The notes under the pieces: model-generated
Told to the model about the DNA's origin: nothing
The model's database searches: none
The model's input: only the letters and a program-made list of their open reading frames with translations
Source of the DNA: Octopus vulgaris
Taxonomy: Eukaryota
Direction: 5' to 3'
DNA length: 64,000 bases
NCBI GenBank assembly: GCA_951406725.2
Contig: OX597816.1
Span: forward strand, 144,646,001 to 144,710,000
Position numbers and translations under genes: made by a program
Shown: positions 38,950-53,346 of the stretch, one piece after another
How positions within the stretch are numbered: the stretch's first letter is position 1
How the letters are laid out: every line of letters starts with the position of its first letter

Positions 38950-40886
38950 TCACGGCTCGCCAGGCTTACAGGGACCGGATTTGCACATAAGTTAAGAGAA
39001 TATTAACGAGTGCCATCGTCAACAATAGATGCCCTAAAGAAAGCAATTAAAGCAGAATCGGTTAGGTACAGTAAGGCCCTAGCATTAGACCGAAATAGAA
39101 TAGAGGGAGACCTAGTTAAGAAATTAGAAGAGGCACTTAAAACTGGCATCGCGTTCAACGTACTGGTGGCGAGGTTGGCCCTCGAACAACACTTCAACGC
39201 CAAACACGAAGGATGCGTACTCTGAGGAACGAAAGAGTTGGAGCCACCCGAGAGGCCCGAGTGGCGGAGGTGCAACGAGGCAACAAAGCCACCATTAGAT
39301 CCCTGACAGGTGAACAGGGGCGCGAATTACCCGAGGCTGAATGTATGTGTGAGGACTTTCAACAACATTTCGTCCGATTGTTAGGGACAACTGGAGGGTC
39401 AGAACGCAGAGTGGACTATAGTGCCTACCTGCATAGCCAGCCACGACTCTCGGCAAGAGGAGCGGAGTGTTGTGAAAGACCCATCACAGCCGCGGACGTA
39501 TGGAGTGCGATGGCAGGCCGAGCGGGAGACAAGTCGCCAGGCTTGTATGGTCTGCCCTACGAACTTTATTGTCATAAGCCAGACTTGTTTGGTGGCATCT
39601 TGGCAGCTGTCTACTGCAACTGGCAGCAAAACGGGAGTATCCCCGTCTCTGTAAAGCGAAAAGCAGTGGAACTACTAAAGAAAGATCCAAACAAACAAGA
39701 GAGACGTCATAGATAACTTCAGGCCCATCACTCTGCTCAACACAGATTTGAAGATTTTGGCCAAGGTGTTAGCCGAGAAGTTGGCGCTTGTCATCGAGAA
39801 ACTGGTCGACAAGGCGCAAAAGTGCGCCGTGCCGGGTAGGAGTATACATGACAAACTCCATCTGATGCATTACTTCATAGACAGGGTAGTTAAGGAACCT
39901 GGCATGGGTGGGTCACTGATCATTTTGGATCAATCAAAAGCTTTCGATTGGATAAACTATCACTACTTGGAGGCTGTCCTTAGAGCTGATGGTTTCAGTC
40001 CCATCTTCCGCGGTTGGATCGCTGCTTTATACAACGGTATCCGCTCGGTAGTTCGCGTAAATGGTCATCTTTCCAGACCATTTAGCATCACGCGTTCGGT
40101 TCGTCAAGGATGCACCCTCTCGTCGCTTCTGTACGTATTGACTCTTGAACTACTACTGCAGAATCTGGCGACGCTGAGGGGCATCCCACGAAAGCTGGGA
40201 TGCGGGAGGAGCTGTCTACATATGCGGACGACGTCACCGTCATAGTGTCCAGCCACAGGCATATCAGCCTGGTCGGCGAGACACTAGAAGAATACGAAGC
40301 GATAACGGGAGCAAATATTAACCAGGAAAAGTCAGTGGGCTTGCGGCTCAGCACCAGGAGAAGCAAGCCCATGTCGTCCAACAGCGTCTCCATCATGGGA
40401 CGCTGGACGGACCGGTTATATTGCTCGGAGTCTGGTTCGGTCCAGACCTCCAAATAGAGAAGAACTGGGGCGAGATGCGGTCAGAGCGACGAAACCGTTC
40501 TGCACGCACTCGTGCAGTGTCCAACCATTTCGGACCTATGGATTTATGCCGAACGACTGCTATCACGTGTGGGAGGAGTTCGCTTGTCGGCCGAGTCTAT
40601 CAGGAAAATTGCTCCACTACTTTCCCTTAACCGGGAAAGCAATGTAGTTTTCATTGTACAGGTGTCTATGGTGAAAGAATATGTGTTGTGGACTCGAGCG
40701 AAAGGTTTAGAGACAAACACTTACCTCTCTGGCCAATCGCTCATCAACTTTTTCAAGTACCACTTGAAAAGGAAGGTGAGAATAGAGAGGCAAGTTTTGT
40801 ATCGTGAAAGTTTCAATAAAAGGTGGGTGAATGTAGCAAAGATGGTACGTGTGAGTGACGAAACCACTCTGAGCATGATCCTGTAA
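38950..40886 (+). mobile_element. L1/Tx1-like LINE fragment (RT region)
   Basis: KSPGLYGLPYE, NFRPITLLN, DQSKAFD, SVRQGCTLSSLLY, TYADDVT, INQEKS. Confidence 0.85.
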
Positions 40887-40965
40887 ATCGAGGAGAGAGA
40901 GAGAGAGAGAGACCTTTGCTCTTATGTGTTTATTCCCTCCTGCCTGGGTTCTCAATTTTCCAAAG

Positions 40966-41009
40966 ACACCTGATGAAGGCTGGAGGGTATATCAGCCAAA
41001 ACGTTGTGT
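40966..41009 (+). ncRNA. Minimal hammerhead ribozyme motif, G12->A decayed
   Basis: ACAC CUGAUGA a GGCUG...CAGCC [A]AAA CGUU GUGU with a palindromic stem III AACGUU. Confidence 0.6.
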
Positions 41010-42129
41010 TAACAACAAACAAGATGAGGACAAATATCCGTCAAATGTAAATAATGTAAATAATGTTCATAGCTTCTCATCTCCTGAATATGTTTTAAAT
41101 TGAGTGCTTTAATGTCAAAATAATTGTTTTACACAGGGTTACTTACAATTACGATTGCAGCGTGGAAGACGTTTGTAAATCATTTAAGAACACACAAAAA
41201 CCTTTTGTTTCACTTCAACATTTAAGTGAAACAAACGTGTTCTTGGATGGCTTACAAACACTTTCCACGCTGCAATTGTTTTTGTTTCAGCGCACGATCT
41301 CAGATCAAATCACTTGCCAAGCAAGTACATCTCTGTTTACAATTAGTTTCTAGGATTTAATTTTAAAATATATATGAAAATATAAAAAAAATATAGAATC
41401 ATGTTATAAACATACCTGGTTTTAAAAAGGCTGGATTAATAATCGAAGCTATATTTAAAATGGAATAAAAAGAGCAATTCGTAAATTTGATCAGTAGACA
41501 TTGAAAAGGAAATACAAAAGAAATGTAACTAAATTTCATGTATGTGCATTGAATTTTCGTAATGGAATTTCAAAATTTAGAATTGTTTCTGTTTCATTTG
41601 ATTTTTGACGAATTTTAGGTTAGATATCACTTCTACAACATAAATATGCTGTATTTCACTAGGCTCATATAATTATATCAACTCAATTCAGAAATTCTTG
41701 GTGCCATTTTATGTCTGCTGAACTGATGCATTTAAGAATCCATTATTCTCATTAAACACAATGTGAAATAGCTGATGATGTGAAAAAGATTTACAACGCG
41801 TGAGAATTTAACGCTTCTAATGATTCAATTACATTTACAGTTTTTACTGCTTATAGCGTTAGGCCGTTTAGACTTTTAACCCATTCGCGCCCATGGTACT
41901 TCTTTTATGACTTCAAAAATAATTATTACGATTCAGAGGTAATCGCTGCTTCTGAGGCTTGGTTGGAGGCCCAACATTTCGAGTTCCAAGTTCTAGGATT
42001 TCAGGGTAGCGCAAAAGGGTAGAGCTGTTACATCTACCGGGGGGGGGGGGGTAGTGTTACGACAACTATCTAGGAGGAGTTTTGCAAAAAAAATCATGAT
42101 AGTATACAAAATATTTTTCTCATTTTTGC

Positions 42130-43309
42130 AGATTTAACGCACGATAGCAGCTCCTACTGTGGATTCTGATAAAATTGAGACACGTTCTGTCATGAAGTTC
42201 CTCTTTTTGCAAGGCAAAGGAGCAGCGGAAATCCATGGCGAGATGAAGAAAGTCTTGAAGGATGGCTGTCCAGCTTATTCCACACTGAAAATCTGGGTGT
42301 CAAGGTAATCAGACTGGTCATTTCGAGGTTACAGATGAACCCCTGTCAGGACGGCCAACTTCCGAGACCACAGAGGACAAAGCCGACACTGTGCTCATCA
42401 TGATTCTCGAAGACCGCTGGATTTCAGCTAAAGTCAGAGCTGATATTCTGGGAATTTTCCGCGAAAGAGTTGGCCACATCATTCACAACATTTTTGATAT
42501 GAGAGAACTTTCTGCAAAATGGGTGCCGAAATGCCTAAACGCAGATTAGAAGTGAATCAGAGTGATGACATCAAAGGCGATTTTGGACCGGTTTGCAGCG
42601 GGAGAGGATGATTTTATGGCTCTTTTAGTCACCATGGATAAAACTTGGATTCATTTTTATGAACCTCTGACCAAGTAGCTATCAGCGGAGTGGTGCCACA
42701 GCGGTTCACCACGTCTCTAGAAATTCCGGACTCGGAAGTCAGCTGGAACGATTCTGGCTTCAATGTGTTCAGGAACAAAGACGGAGTACCCCTCATAAAA
42801 TACTTGTCAAAATGTCGCACCATCAGCACAGAATACTACTTGTCACTGTTAGACAAACTGTGTGAAGCTGTAAAGCAGAAACGATGTGGAAAGCTGAGTC
42901 GTGGTATCCTGTTTTTGCAGGACAGTGCACCAGCACACACAACACAAAAGTTTCTACGGAAAACACGCGACTTTGGCTTTGAATTGGTAGACCATCAAAC
43001 TTACTTTCCTTCGACTATCAAATCTTTTCGATCCCAGCATAGCCACAGCTCATAAGCTGAAACTAGAATCAATCAATCATATCTCAAGGGAACGAAATTT
43101 CACTCCGATTTGGAGGTAATCGCTGCTTCTGAGGCCCGGTTGGAGGCTCAACATTCCGAGTTCTTTTACAGGGCTTAGCAAAACTGAAGAACCACTGCAA
43201 TAAGTGTGTGAATCTGAGAATGGAATACGTTCAATAAAATTGTAGTTAACTGAACTTCCTGTACTTTTTTTTATTACCCAAAGCCAGGAACTTTTCAGTA
43301 TCCTTTCTA
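42130..43309 (+). mobile_element. Mariner transposase pseudogene
   Basis: SGRP, AKWVPKCL (WVPHEL motif), VTMDKTW, FLQDSAPAH. Stops and frameshifts present. Confidence 0.88.
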
Positions 43310-44352
43310 TTGTTTCACTATTTTCTTACAGAAATATATTGAGTTAGTCTAACGAATGAAGAGATTTTGAAATAGTTTAGCTGGATTTTGTTGAGGAACA
43401 CTTTTGTCTCAACTTTCAATAATGTGTGAAAACCTGAAAACCTTGTGGGGAAGAACACTAAATTTCATATATGTTTAATTAAAACATTATGGCGATAATT
43501 AGTATTCATATATAGCCTATATAGGGTAAATAACTTCAGTTCATTTATAAGGTTAAATAGATCTTAAAAAGTGATTTTGTTTGGATATAGCATGCTTTGA
43601 AAGTCTGGTCTTTAGATAAAAGCCACGTTTTATAGGACTCTATTTATTCTGTTTTTTATGGTCATTGTGTAGAAGAGAAAATGAATTGCACTGGTAAACT
43701 TCTTTGTATTGAATACTTTATTTTTTTTACATAAATGACAACTATGTAAACAACATAAAGTATTCTGTTTGTATTTTCTTTGTTTGTTGTGGCTCTTTCC
43801 GAAAAAAAAATCAAGACGATGCATAAAATGCTATCTTATATGTTCCTACAAATGACATTCAAATGATGTATAAAAAAAACGGATTCTTTGATAATAAACA
43901 TATTTGGGCCGTTAAAGGATTACTAGTGAGTAGTGAAACTATTAAATAAGCCAGTATAATTCTAATGGTCTGTATTACTTCCTTCCCACACTTTGTTATG
44001 AAAGTTAATGTGTTTTTGCTATGTCATTAAGTTGATAATTGAAGTAAGCACACAACATCTTTGTACCGATTAACAATCCATTTAATGAACTGTCAAATTG
44101 GATATTCTTTAAAAGAATATATTAGACTAGTGTTCTCAGGAAGATATTAGACTTAGGAATATTCACGAACATTCTAATCCACCTATATTGCTAATAAGCA
44201 TCTAAGACATGTAAAATTTAGCATCGCGCAAAAAACAGTTTATCATAATTAATTTGAAGCTAAATGCTATGATATTTTCCGACCAATAGTTTATCAAATG
44301 AGTATTTTCAACTTTTAAAATTAATGAAATAAAATAAAATAAGCGAGCTTAC

Positions 44353-44370
44353 GTGGTGGCACTGATGTTT
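44353..44370 (-). CDS. Putative 18-nt micro-exon of the VWD-TIL-PAN gene (KTSVPP linker)
   Basis: Strong acceptor tttttatttctttcag and donor gtaagc, phase 1/1, matching the flanking exons. Confidence 0.55.
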
Positions 44371-44680
44371 CTGAAAGAAATAAAAATGATGCTGCTATAA
44401 AAAAATATTAAACAGATTTGTTCCAATATTGGCATATATTGTACAAGAAGCATTCTAAATATGTTACAACTATTTGTTCTGACCTCTCTTTTTTACACAC
44501 TCCCTTTCTCTCTCTTTTGTCAGAAAGTTGGTTTGTATTAAGGTAGAAAAGACTCGTAAATATATAAACAGGTTAATGAAGATTTCATTTCACTTTTAGT
44601 TGCAACATTCTTTTAATAACAAAACAGAAGCAATAAAGAAGAAATAAAATGTCAAAAAATGTTTATCGGTAAGATCCGTT

Positions 44681-44741
<61 letters not shown>

Positions 44742-46019
44742 GAGAAAGAAGCGACAAGAATGGATTAGTTTTTCGTACAATTGTTTCATACAAAGACAGG
44801 CTTTAATTACAAGTTGCAAAAATTGCAGCAGATAAAAGTGTCCCGTACTCATCAGCTAAAATACATATGAGTTCTCCAAACATCTTAGTGGGTGAGGTTA
44901 TACTCATGAAATATTGGAGATAATTTCATTAAAGGCAGATATAGGTTGCAAACAGATTTCCAAAGTTCCTTAATGATGATGCACAGTCTTATCACAGATT
45001 CTTAAAAGCTTATTAGTTTCAAAGAGAAGATGAATTAATCCGTAGTGTAAATATAAATTTCCAGAGATATGAGGAGGATGATGCACAGACTTATCACAGG
45101 TTTTTAAAAGCTTATTAGCTTCACATATATATATATATGCATTTATAAAGTATCTCAGAAACTTTTCTCGTTGTATGAAATGAGACATGTTAACAATGTG
45201 CCACGTCAACAGCTCAACGATCGGCTTTTGAGCTTATTATATCTTGGTCTTTAGATAAGATCAAATTTGGTGTTTAGATAATAACTATGGTTTCTAACGT
45301 TCCATCCGATCTAGTTGCTATTAGCTTACATCTTGAGTTAAACTTGTTCCCATACATGTATTTTGGAAAGTGATCGATTGAAATAATTTCTCTTCAGAAC
45401 TCTTCTGCTGGGTTCTGGAAAATGCCTCGATAGCAGATGATCATTTACGAAAGTTGTAAGATAATAAATATAGTTAAAAGAATTTTAATAAAGCTATGAA
45501 GCTGACTTTGCATCTAAGCATAACCGTTTGTTCTCACTTTCTAAAGGAGCCACCTTAATTGATCTTATAACATAATTGTATGAAAGTGACGTCAAATGAC
45601 AATTGAAATGAAACTTAAAATGTAACTGTTTCGATATAGCTGCTAACGTATTAAATTTTCAACAAATTAGATATTAAATCTTAGCTAATTTTTGTTAAAA
45701 ATCCCTAAAGAAATATTCAAAATATTATTTGTTGGTAGTTGATCCCGTTATTTGTGGTATTGTGAAAAGAAACTTGCTTATTGCTCTTATTAAATACATG
45801 TAATCGATGAGCTGCATTGTTTTCAGGTAATGTAGATTTGAAAAGATGTATTAAACAAACATTACACCATTAACTATATATGCATTTATAATTCTTTTCT
45901 ACTCTAGGCACAAGGCCCGAAATTTATGGGAAGGAGTCAGTCGATTAGATCGACCCCAGTATGCAACTGGTACTTAATTTAATATTCATTTATAATTAAT
46001 ATAGCATCTTTATACTTAC

Positions 46020-46191
46020 TTTTGCATTCCTTTTCCACAGGTGCAAATCCAGATGCGCATTTGCATGTGCGTCTACCGAATTCGACGAGACAACTAGAAT
46101 CTTTTGGGCATGTAGATTTCGTCGTATATTTTCCATTGCTCAAACATGTGATGGATCGGGAACAATCGTTTGACAAAACAGATGTGTGTGC
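46020..46191 (-). CDS. VWD-TIL-PAN protein exon: TILa/E-like + EGF-like segment
   Basis: aaacag acceptor and gtaagt donor, phase 0/1. Translates AHTSVLSNDCSRSITCLSNGKYTTKSTCPKDSSCLVEFGRRTCKCASGFAPVEKECK. Confidence 0.88.
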
Positions 46192-46527
46192 CTGTTTGAA
46201 AATTAGAAAATCAAAAATTTTCCTTATTGGTGTCATATTACATTGATGCTGATTTTACCTCAACATATTGTTTATCTTTTACTTGATTCGGTCAATAGAC
46301 GGCGGCTTTGCTGAGGCACCGATTTGAGGAATTTTTTAGACGAAGTAATCGATCCAGTATTTATTTACTTTTTAATCCTGATACTTAGTTTATTAGTCTC
46401 TTTTACCGATCGGCAAAGTTACGAGACTTAAAACACACCGGCACCTATTGTCAAGCGGTGTGAGGGACAGGCATAGACACAAAGACACACATAAAGACAC
46501 ACTCAGACATAAAGACACACAGATACA

Positions 46528-46587
<60 letters not shown>

Positions 46588-47184
46588 TACAAATATATAT
46601 ACGACAGTCTTTCAGTTTACGTCTACCAAATCCAGTTTCAAGGTTTTGTTCGGCTCGATGCTATAGTAGAAGGCACTATGTTGAAGATTCTTTTTTGCTG
46701 TTGTAGCTGTTTAGTCATAGGTCAGCTTTAATGAAAAAATATTTACGATCAATTTGTATATTCTACTCTGTCGTATTTCATCACAAAGTAAATGGCAAAC
46801 AATACCGATCCCCATCTTCTTTTCGAGTCGCCTACCCAATTACACATTATTTCCCTCCGGATTCTCCATTTCTGGCATTATATGAGCAATGTTTTTTTAT
46901 GAGTGGTTTCTGTTAAGATTTTCAGAGTTCACCACGTTTAACAAACTTCAGCCTGTCTATTGTGTCAACATTATATATATATATATATATATATATGAAC
47001 ATAATCAAAAAGGATAATAACATAGGCTATTATTACCAGTGGCCTAGCACAAAAGACGAATTAGTCATTAGACAAAATATTATTCATATAGAAATATAAT
47101 AAAAGGCTCCCAAATAAGGAAGCTTAGTGCTAGAGACACAAAGAGGGATAAATTCATGGAGAGAGTGAAAATCAAAAATATTAT

Positions 47185-47240
<56 letters not shown>

Positions 47241-47350
47241 AAAAAGGAAGTTTGAAAACGCCACAATATTAGATATATGTAATAAATTCAGGGTAAATAC
47301 TTGATAAATATAAGCACCTGTATATGCCAGCTAGTAGCATAGGTAAGAGG

Positions 47351-47702
47351 ATATATGTATCAAATGAAATAAATGAAAAACAAAACACAAAAGATGTTGC
47401 GGTACATATGTTTCGAGCTTTATAGAACACCTTATTCTTACATCAATGCACAATCGACATAACAGATAGTTTCCCAGTGATACTCGGTTTACCTACTATT
47501 ATAAACAATACCAAATGTTTTTTCTCAAACCTTTCATAATGTGATACAAGTCTTTGGTGTAGCAATTGCATGCGGCTGAAGAAGGCTTTTGAACTATCTG
47601 TTATGTCGATTATGCATTGATGTAAGAATAAGGTGTTCTATAAAGCTCGAAACATATGTACTGCAACATCTTTTGTGTCCTGTTTTTCATTTATTTCATT
47701 TG

Positions 47703-47712
<10 letters not shown>
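47351..47712. repeat. Inverted repeat (~120-bp arms, ~120-bp spacer) derived from a hammerhead-containing PLE-like 3' end
   Basis: 47351-47471 is the reverse complement of 47592-47712. Confidence 0.88.
47571..47665 (+). ncRNA. Minimal type I hammerhead ribozyme motif with intact core
   Basis: UGCGG CUGAAGA a-GGCUUU...AAAGCUc GAAA CAUAUG UA CUGCA. Palindromic stem III ACAUAUGU, predicted cleavage after GUA at 47660. Confidence 0.72.
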
Positions 47713-47793
<81 letters not shown>

Positions 47794-48112
47794 TATATAC
47801 ATACATATATATAGTAGATAGATAGATAGATAGATAGATATATGATAAGAGTGGATTTGGTAGACAGAAACTGAAAGAAGCCCGTCTTACACACACACAT
47901 ACATATATATGTATTTATGTCTGTGTGTGTATTTCTCTCCCCTCCTATCATCACTTGACAACCAATGCTGGTGTATTTACGTCCCCATAACCTAGCGGTT
48001 CGGCAAAAGATAACGATAGAATAGGTACTAGGCTTATAAGTACTAAGCTTACAAAGAAGAAGTCCTGAGGTCGATTTGTTCGACTAAAGGCGGTGTATCA
48101 AGCCGCCTTAAT

Positions 48113-48209
<97 letters not shown>

Positions 48210-48386
48210 ATGATAGATCGCTAGACACTCTATTTTCTCTCCTTGTTTCTTTCTGTGTTCCTTTTTGTGGAAGAGCGTAGGCTTGAAACATTAAAGACTT
48301 TTTCACTCTCCGAGCGTTAAACTAATACATGTGTTTGTTGTTTACTCAACTTGACTTCATCTTTTGTTTTTTTTTGTGTGAATTCT

Positions 48387-48448
<62 letters not shown>

Positions 48449-48643
48449 CAGTAGAGTTAGCGGCTATAGTAACCGACTAAGAGCTAAAAGTATCCGTATT
48501 TATTATCGGTATCAATTACCTGTGCTAAACTTGGGCATGGGTATACAAGCACACTATGCTCATAGGATACTGGTAACAACAGAATAAACAAAAGTTTATC
48601 AGGAAATAAATTTAAATAATCAGAAAATGGAGAAAACATTTAA

Positions 48644-49434
<791 letters not shown>

Positions 49435-49758
49435 AGTAAAACTTCTTTGAAGACGGAGGCTGGTATTATCCGATGATGGAATCAATTTACAATCATTATT
49501 TTGGACTACCAAGCTTTCACAAACAGCTGTTGGACTCGCAAAACTCTTATTCAGCCCACTGGATTCCTGATATCGTTTGCATGACCGTTTTATATGTAAA
49601 CATATGTACATTGTTTGTATTGAAATGTATTTAATTTAATATTTTTTGTATACCGACTTGCCTAACTTGCTTATACTTACATTTACTCCTCTACGTGCTC
49701 AAGTTTAAATCCTTTGAGCACTATAGAGTGTATCCTATACGGAAAATATCAGTCTCTC

Positions 49759-49836
<78 letters not shown>

Positions 49837-49977
49837 ATTTATATATACACATATATGTGTGTGCGTGTGTGTGCGTGTGTGCATATGCACTCACACTGAT
49901 CGCATACAATTATACGAACTACGTGCGTGTGCATGCGTGTGTGCGTGATGTATGCGAAATTAGAATATAAATATATA

Positions 49978-50221
49978 CAGGGTTGGCAAAAAGCTATCCG
50001 AGAGTAACTCAAAATCCTACAAATACTTAATATTCAATTTTATATTTTATTTATTCATTCCAATTATGAATGTTTAATAATTAATGCTGTGAGTTAAAAT
50101 CCCCGCTTTTCTTTCAACATTTGTCTATTTATAAGCGAAGTCTCATGTAAAATAATTTTTAATTTTAATCTTAGAATTAAATGGTTTTGATTTACTGTCT
50201 GGTGAGTTTTGGCCAAACCTG
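49978..50221. mobile_element. Tc1/mariner-type MITE
   Basis: TA-flanked imperfect TIRs CAGGGTTGGCAAAAA / TTTTGGCCAAACCTG. Confidence 0.7.
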
Positions 50222-50267
50222 TATATTTGAGCTTATTTAACTTTTCCACAGAAAACTGTAAACTAAC

Positions 50268-50467
50268 CTTTATATACATTCCTTTATACATGCAACCACA
50301 TTTTGATTTAGGTACGCATTCATTGCCGCTAAGAATATAGTTAGGCTTGCATACACATCCATCACTATAATAAGAAATGGCTGGTGGATTTCTGTTGAAA
50401 CAAGTTGGTTGGTTGGCGGCTATTTTAACTTTGTACATCATGTTTTTGCCTCTCGAACAATCCAAAC
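50268..50467 (-). CDS. VWD-TIL-PAN protein exon: reduced-cysteine TIL domain
   Basis: tttag acceptor and gttagt donor, phase 1/0. Translates LDCSRGKNMMYKVKIAANQPTCFNRNPPAISYYSDGCVCKPNYILSGNECVPKSKCGCMYKGMYIK. Confidence 0.9.
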
Positions 50468-50818
50468 CTAAATTTAAAATGATAGAGGATAATGATGATA
50501 AAAATGAGGAGAGTGCGAGGAAAAAGGAAGAGAGGGTGGAGGATAAGGCAACAGTTAGATATGAGAAAATGACTATGATGCTATTTGTCATAGTGATGAT
50601 GAAGTTGATAATTTTCTGAAATTTCATTTGTTTACAATGCTATAATACTTTGGAAAATGAAGAAAAGTAAAATAATGTGAATTATTATAATGTTTGGAGG
50701 AAATAACATAAATCATACTGTTAGTGAAATATTTCGAATAATAATGAACAAACGAATGGTTGAAAAGGAGAGATAATTTAGAAGGAAGAAAATTAATTAT
50801 TTCCAAATATTTACTTAC

Positions 50819-51093
50819 GGCATCCAAGAACTCCTCTCCAGTTAACCAAGACACCAGCATCTTCACATTGACGAACGAGACCTTCGTAAGCTCGGCAGGT
50901 AACTTCTTTGAGTGTCTTAGATACAGTTTTATAAGCACAAGCATCAATCTTGCATGACTGAATATATTGTTGTACTACTTTAATACCTAATTTTATTATA
51001 CATCTTTTAAAAACACCGTTGAAATTTTTCATATAGTCACAAACTTTGGTTACTGATTTAGAACAAGTAGTACTGGGATCTGTAACTTCGCAC
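50819..51093 (-). CDS. VWD-TIL-PAN protein exon: C8 domain
   Basis: tttcag acceptor and gtaagt donor, phase 2/1. Translates CEVTDPSTTC...CDYMK..GVFKRC...YIQSCKIDAC...CRAYEGLVRQCEDAGVLVNWRGVLGC. Confidence 0.9.
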
Positions 51094-52164
51094 CTGAAAA
51101 TAAAGATAAAGAAAACAGATTTTCAGGAAATTACTGGCGTCAACTGCTGGAAACATAAATGGTTTCTGACAAATCTAAAATGTTATAAATGTTTAAAATA
51201 TACTACAGTGCTAATGTTTTTTTCTTATTTCCCTGTTCATTAATGTCAGAAGGCACATTTTGAGTTAGCCATTTTGAGTTAGCCATACATGCATACATAT
51301 ATACGTACATACATACATACACTGAGAGAAGGTCAAAACAAGTGAAATTACTGCAAGGCCCTTACAGAACTTGCTTATTGGATGGATCTAAAGCAAACAA
51401 ACAGTGAGCATCAACACTCAAGGGTATCAATTTCCTAAAGAAAAGTGATAAGCCACTTAAAGCAAACGCAGCCAATAATAAACTATCCAATAACAAATTA
51501 AAGCAAAAACAGCTGTGGAGGACCTATTTTCACTTATATTGCATCAAGTATGTGACTGGGAGTTGCAAGTGGATCGACTTGTGAGGAAGACTTATCTTTT
51601 CAGAAGCGAGGAGGAGGTGGAGTTAATATTGTAACAACCGGATATGGTTCTTGTACTCAAAAGCACAAAAAAACCCATAATGGTGACTGAACTCACTGTG
51701 CTCTGGGAAGGACAAACTATGCATCTATGTAAGTATGTATGTATGTATGTATGTATGTATGTATGTATGTATGTATGTATGTATGTATGTATGTATGTGT
51801 GTATATATATATATATATATACATATATATATACATATATATATACACATATATGTATTCACATATATATATACATATATATATATAGATATACATATGT
51901 ATATATATATACATATGATGTATATGTATACATATATATACATATATATATATATATGCATATATATACATATATATACACATATACAAATTTATATATA
52001 TGCATAAATACACACATAAAATAATATATATACATATACAAATATATATATATATATATATATTTGTATATATATATATACACCTATATATATATAAATA
52101 TATTTATATATATAAATATACATATATATATATGCATATACAAATATATATATATATATATACA

Positions 52165-52215
<51 letters not shown>

Positions 52216-52351
52216 GGAGTGAGAGAGTGAGAGTGATGGTTAGATAGATAGAGAGATAGATAGAATTTAAATATAGAGACAGATGGTATAGATAAATTTT
52301 GAAAAGATTCAAATTTGTTCGGAATTCAAACGGAATAAAATTGATACTAAC

Positions 52352-52659
52352 TTTTTGCTAGGTTTATCGCTGTCGTCGATAACTGCATAGCTTTTACCAA
52401 TAAGAGAATATTTGTTTCTTTTCCTTGTTACGTCAACTCCGGTCTTTGTACGCCAGTCATCTTTTCTACCATTGCAATCACCACAGATACCTGTCAATTG
52501 CCCTTTATAATAACTTGGTACTTGGACAATGACACGATGATTACCATCAAACTTCACTAGAAGCCCGAATGTTGTGGTTGCTATAACCCATCCACCAGTA
52601 TTGACAACCGTGAATCCCATGTACTTAATCAATGGCATTTCTAATAATTCATTGTTGAC
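52352..52659 (-). CDS. VWD-TIL-PAN protein exon: VWD C-terminal half
   Basis: ttctag acceptor and gttagt donor, phase 0/2. Translates VNNE...[38 protein letters not shown] (VWD G.CGxxNG motif). Confidence 0.93.
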
Positions 52660-53160
52660 CTAGAATTAAAAAGAATGAAGAATATATTATGTGCTAATTA
52701 CATTTGTCTCTTCTAAGCATTTTTTAATCTTAACATGCACGTCAAATAAATCAAGAGTATAATGGTACAAAATATGGCAGATTTGAAAGTGCGCGATTTG
52801 ACCACAGCGTTCGTTTCACTTTCTTTTGTTTTGTCATCATACACATATACTCGCCTGAGTGCATAGTGCTGTCGAGTCTGGTTCGATTGAGTATTTTTCT
52901 GAATATATTTGAGCTTTTCATTTGATAAGTGCAGTAGATATAATCATTTATTCAATATTCTATGAGAAATTTTTCACTTAATTTGTTTGTGCCTTCGGCT
53001 TGAATAATAGCAATATTATATTTTCTCTTTTCCATTGTTCTCTTTTCGAGAAGTTGAGGCTCTTTATAAACAAAATAGTAACGGTTGCAAACTGAGTTTA
53101 CAGTATATAGAAATAATTTATTTCTAGATCTCTAGGAGAGATTTATGCAGTAGCAGCACG

Positions 53161-53346
53161 ATAAAGCGATAGCATGTTGTCAACTTAATGTGACAGTTCC
53201 ATAAAAGGGAAGAATGCTACTGTTATTTAGCTCTAGGAAATGTGTCAAGTCCAACAGGAAACGGTGTTTTCTAGGGCTAAATAACAGTAGCATTCTCCCC
53301 TTTTATGGGACTGTCACATTAAATTGACAACATGCTATCACTTTAT
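53161..53346. repeat. Intronic hairpin/MITE-like inverted repeat (~80-bp arms)
   Basis: ataaagcgatagcatgttgtcaa...gaatgctactgttatttagc mirrored by gctaaataacagtagcattc...ttgacaacatgctatcactttat. Confidence 0.9.

Noticed and set aside
53238-53268. Hammerhead-like gtccaacaggaaac in the hairpin loop
   Set aside because: No CUGANGA core or valid stem III on either strand.
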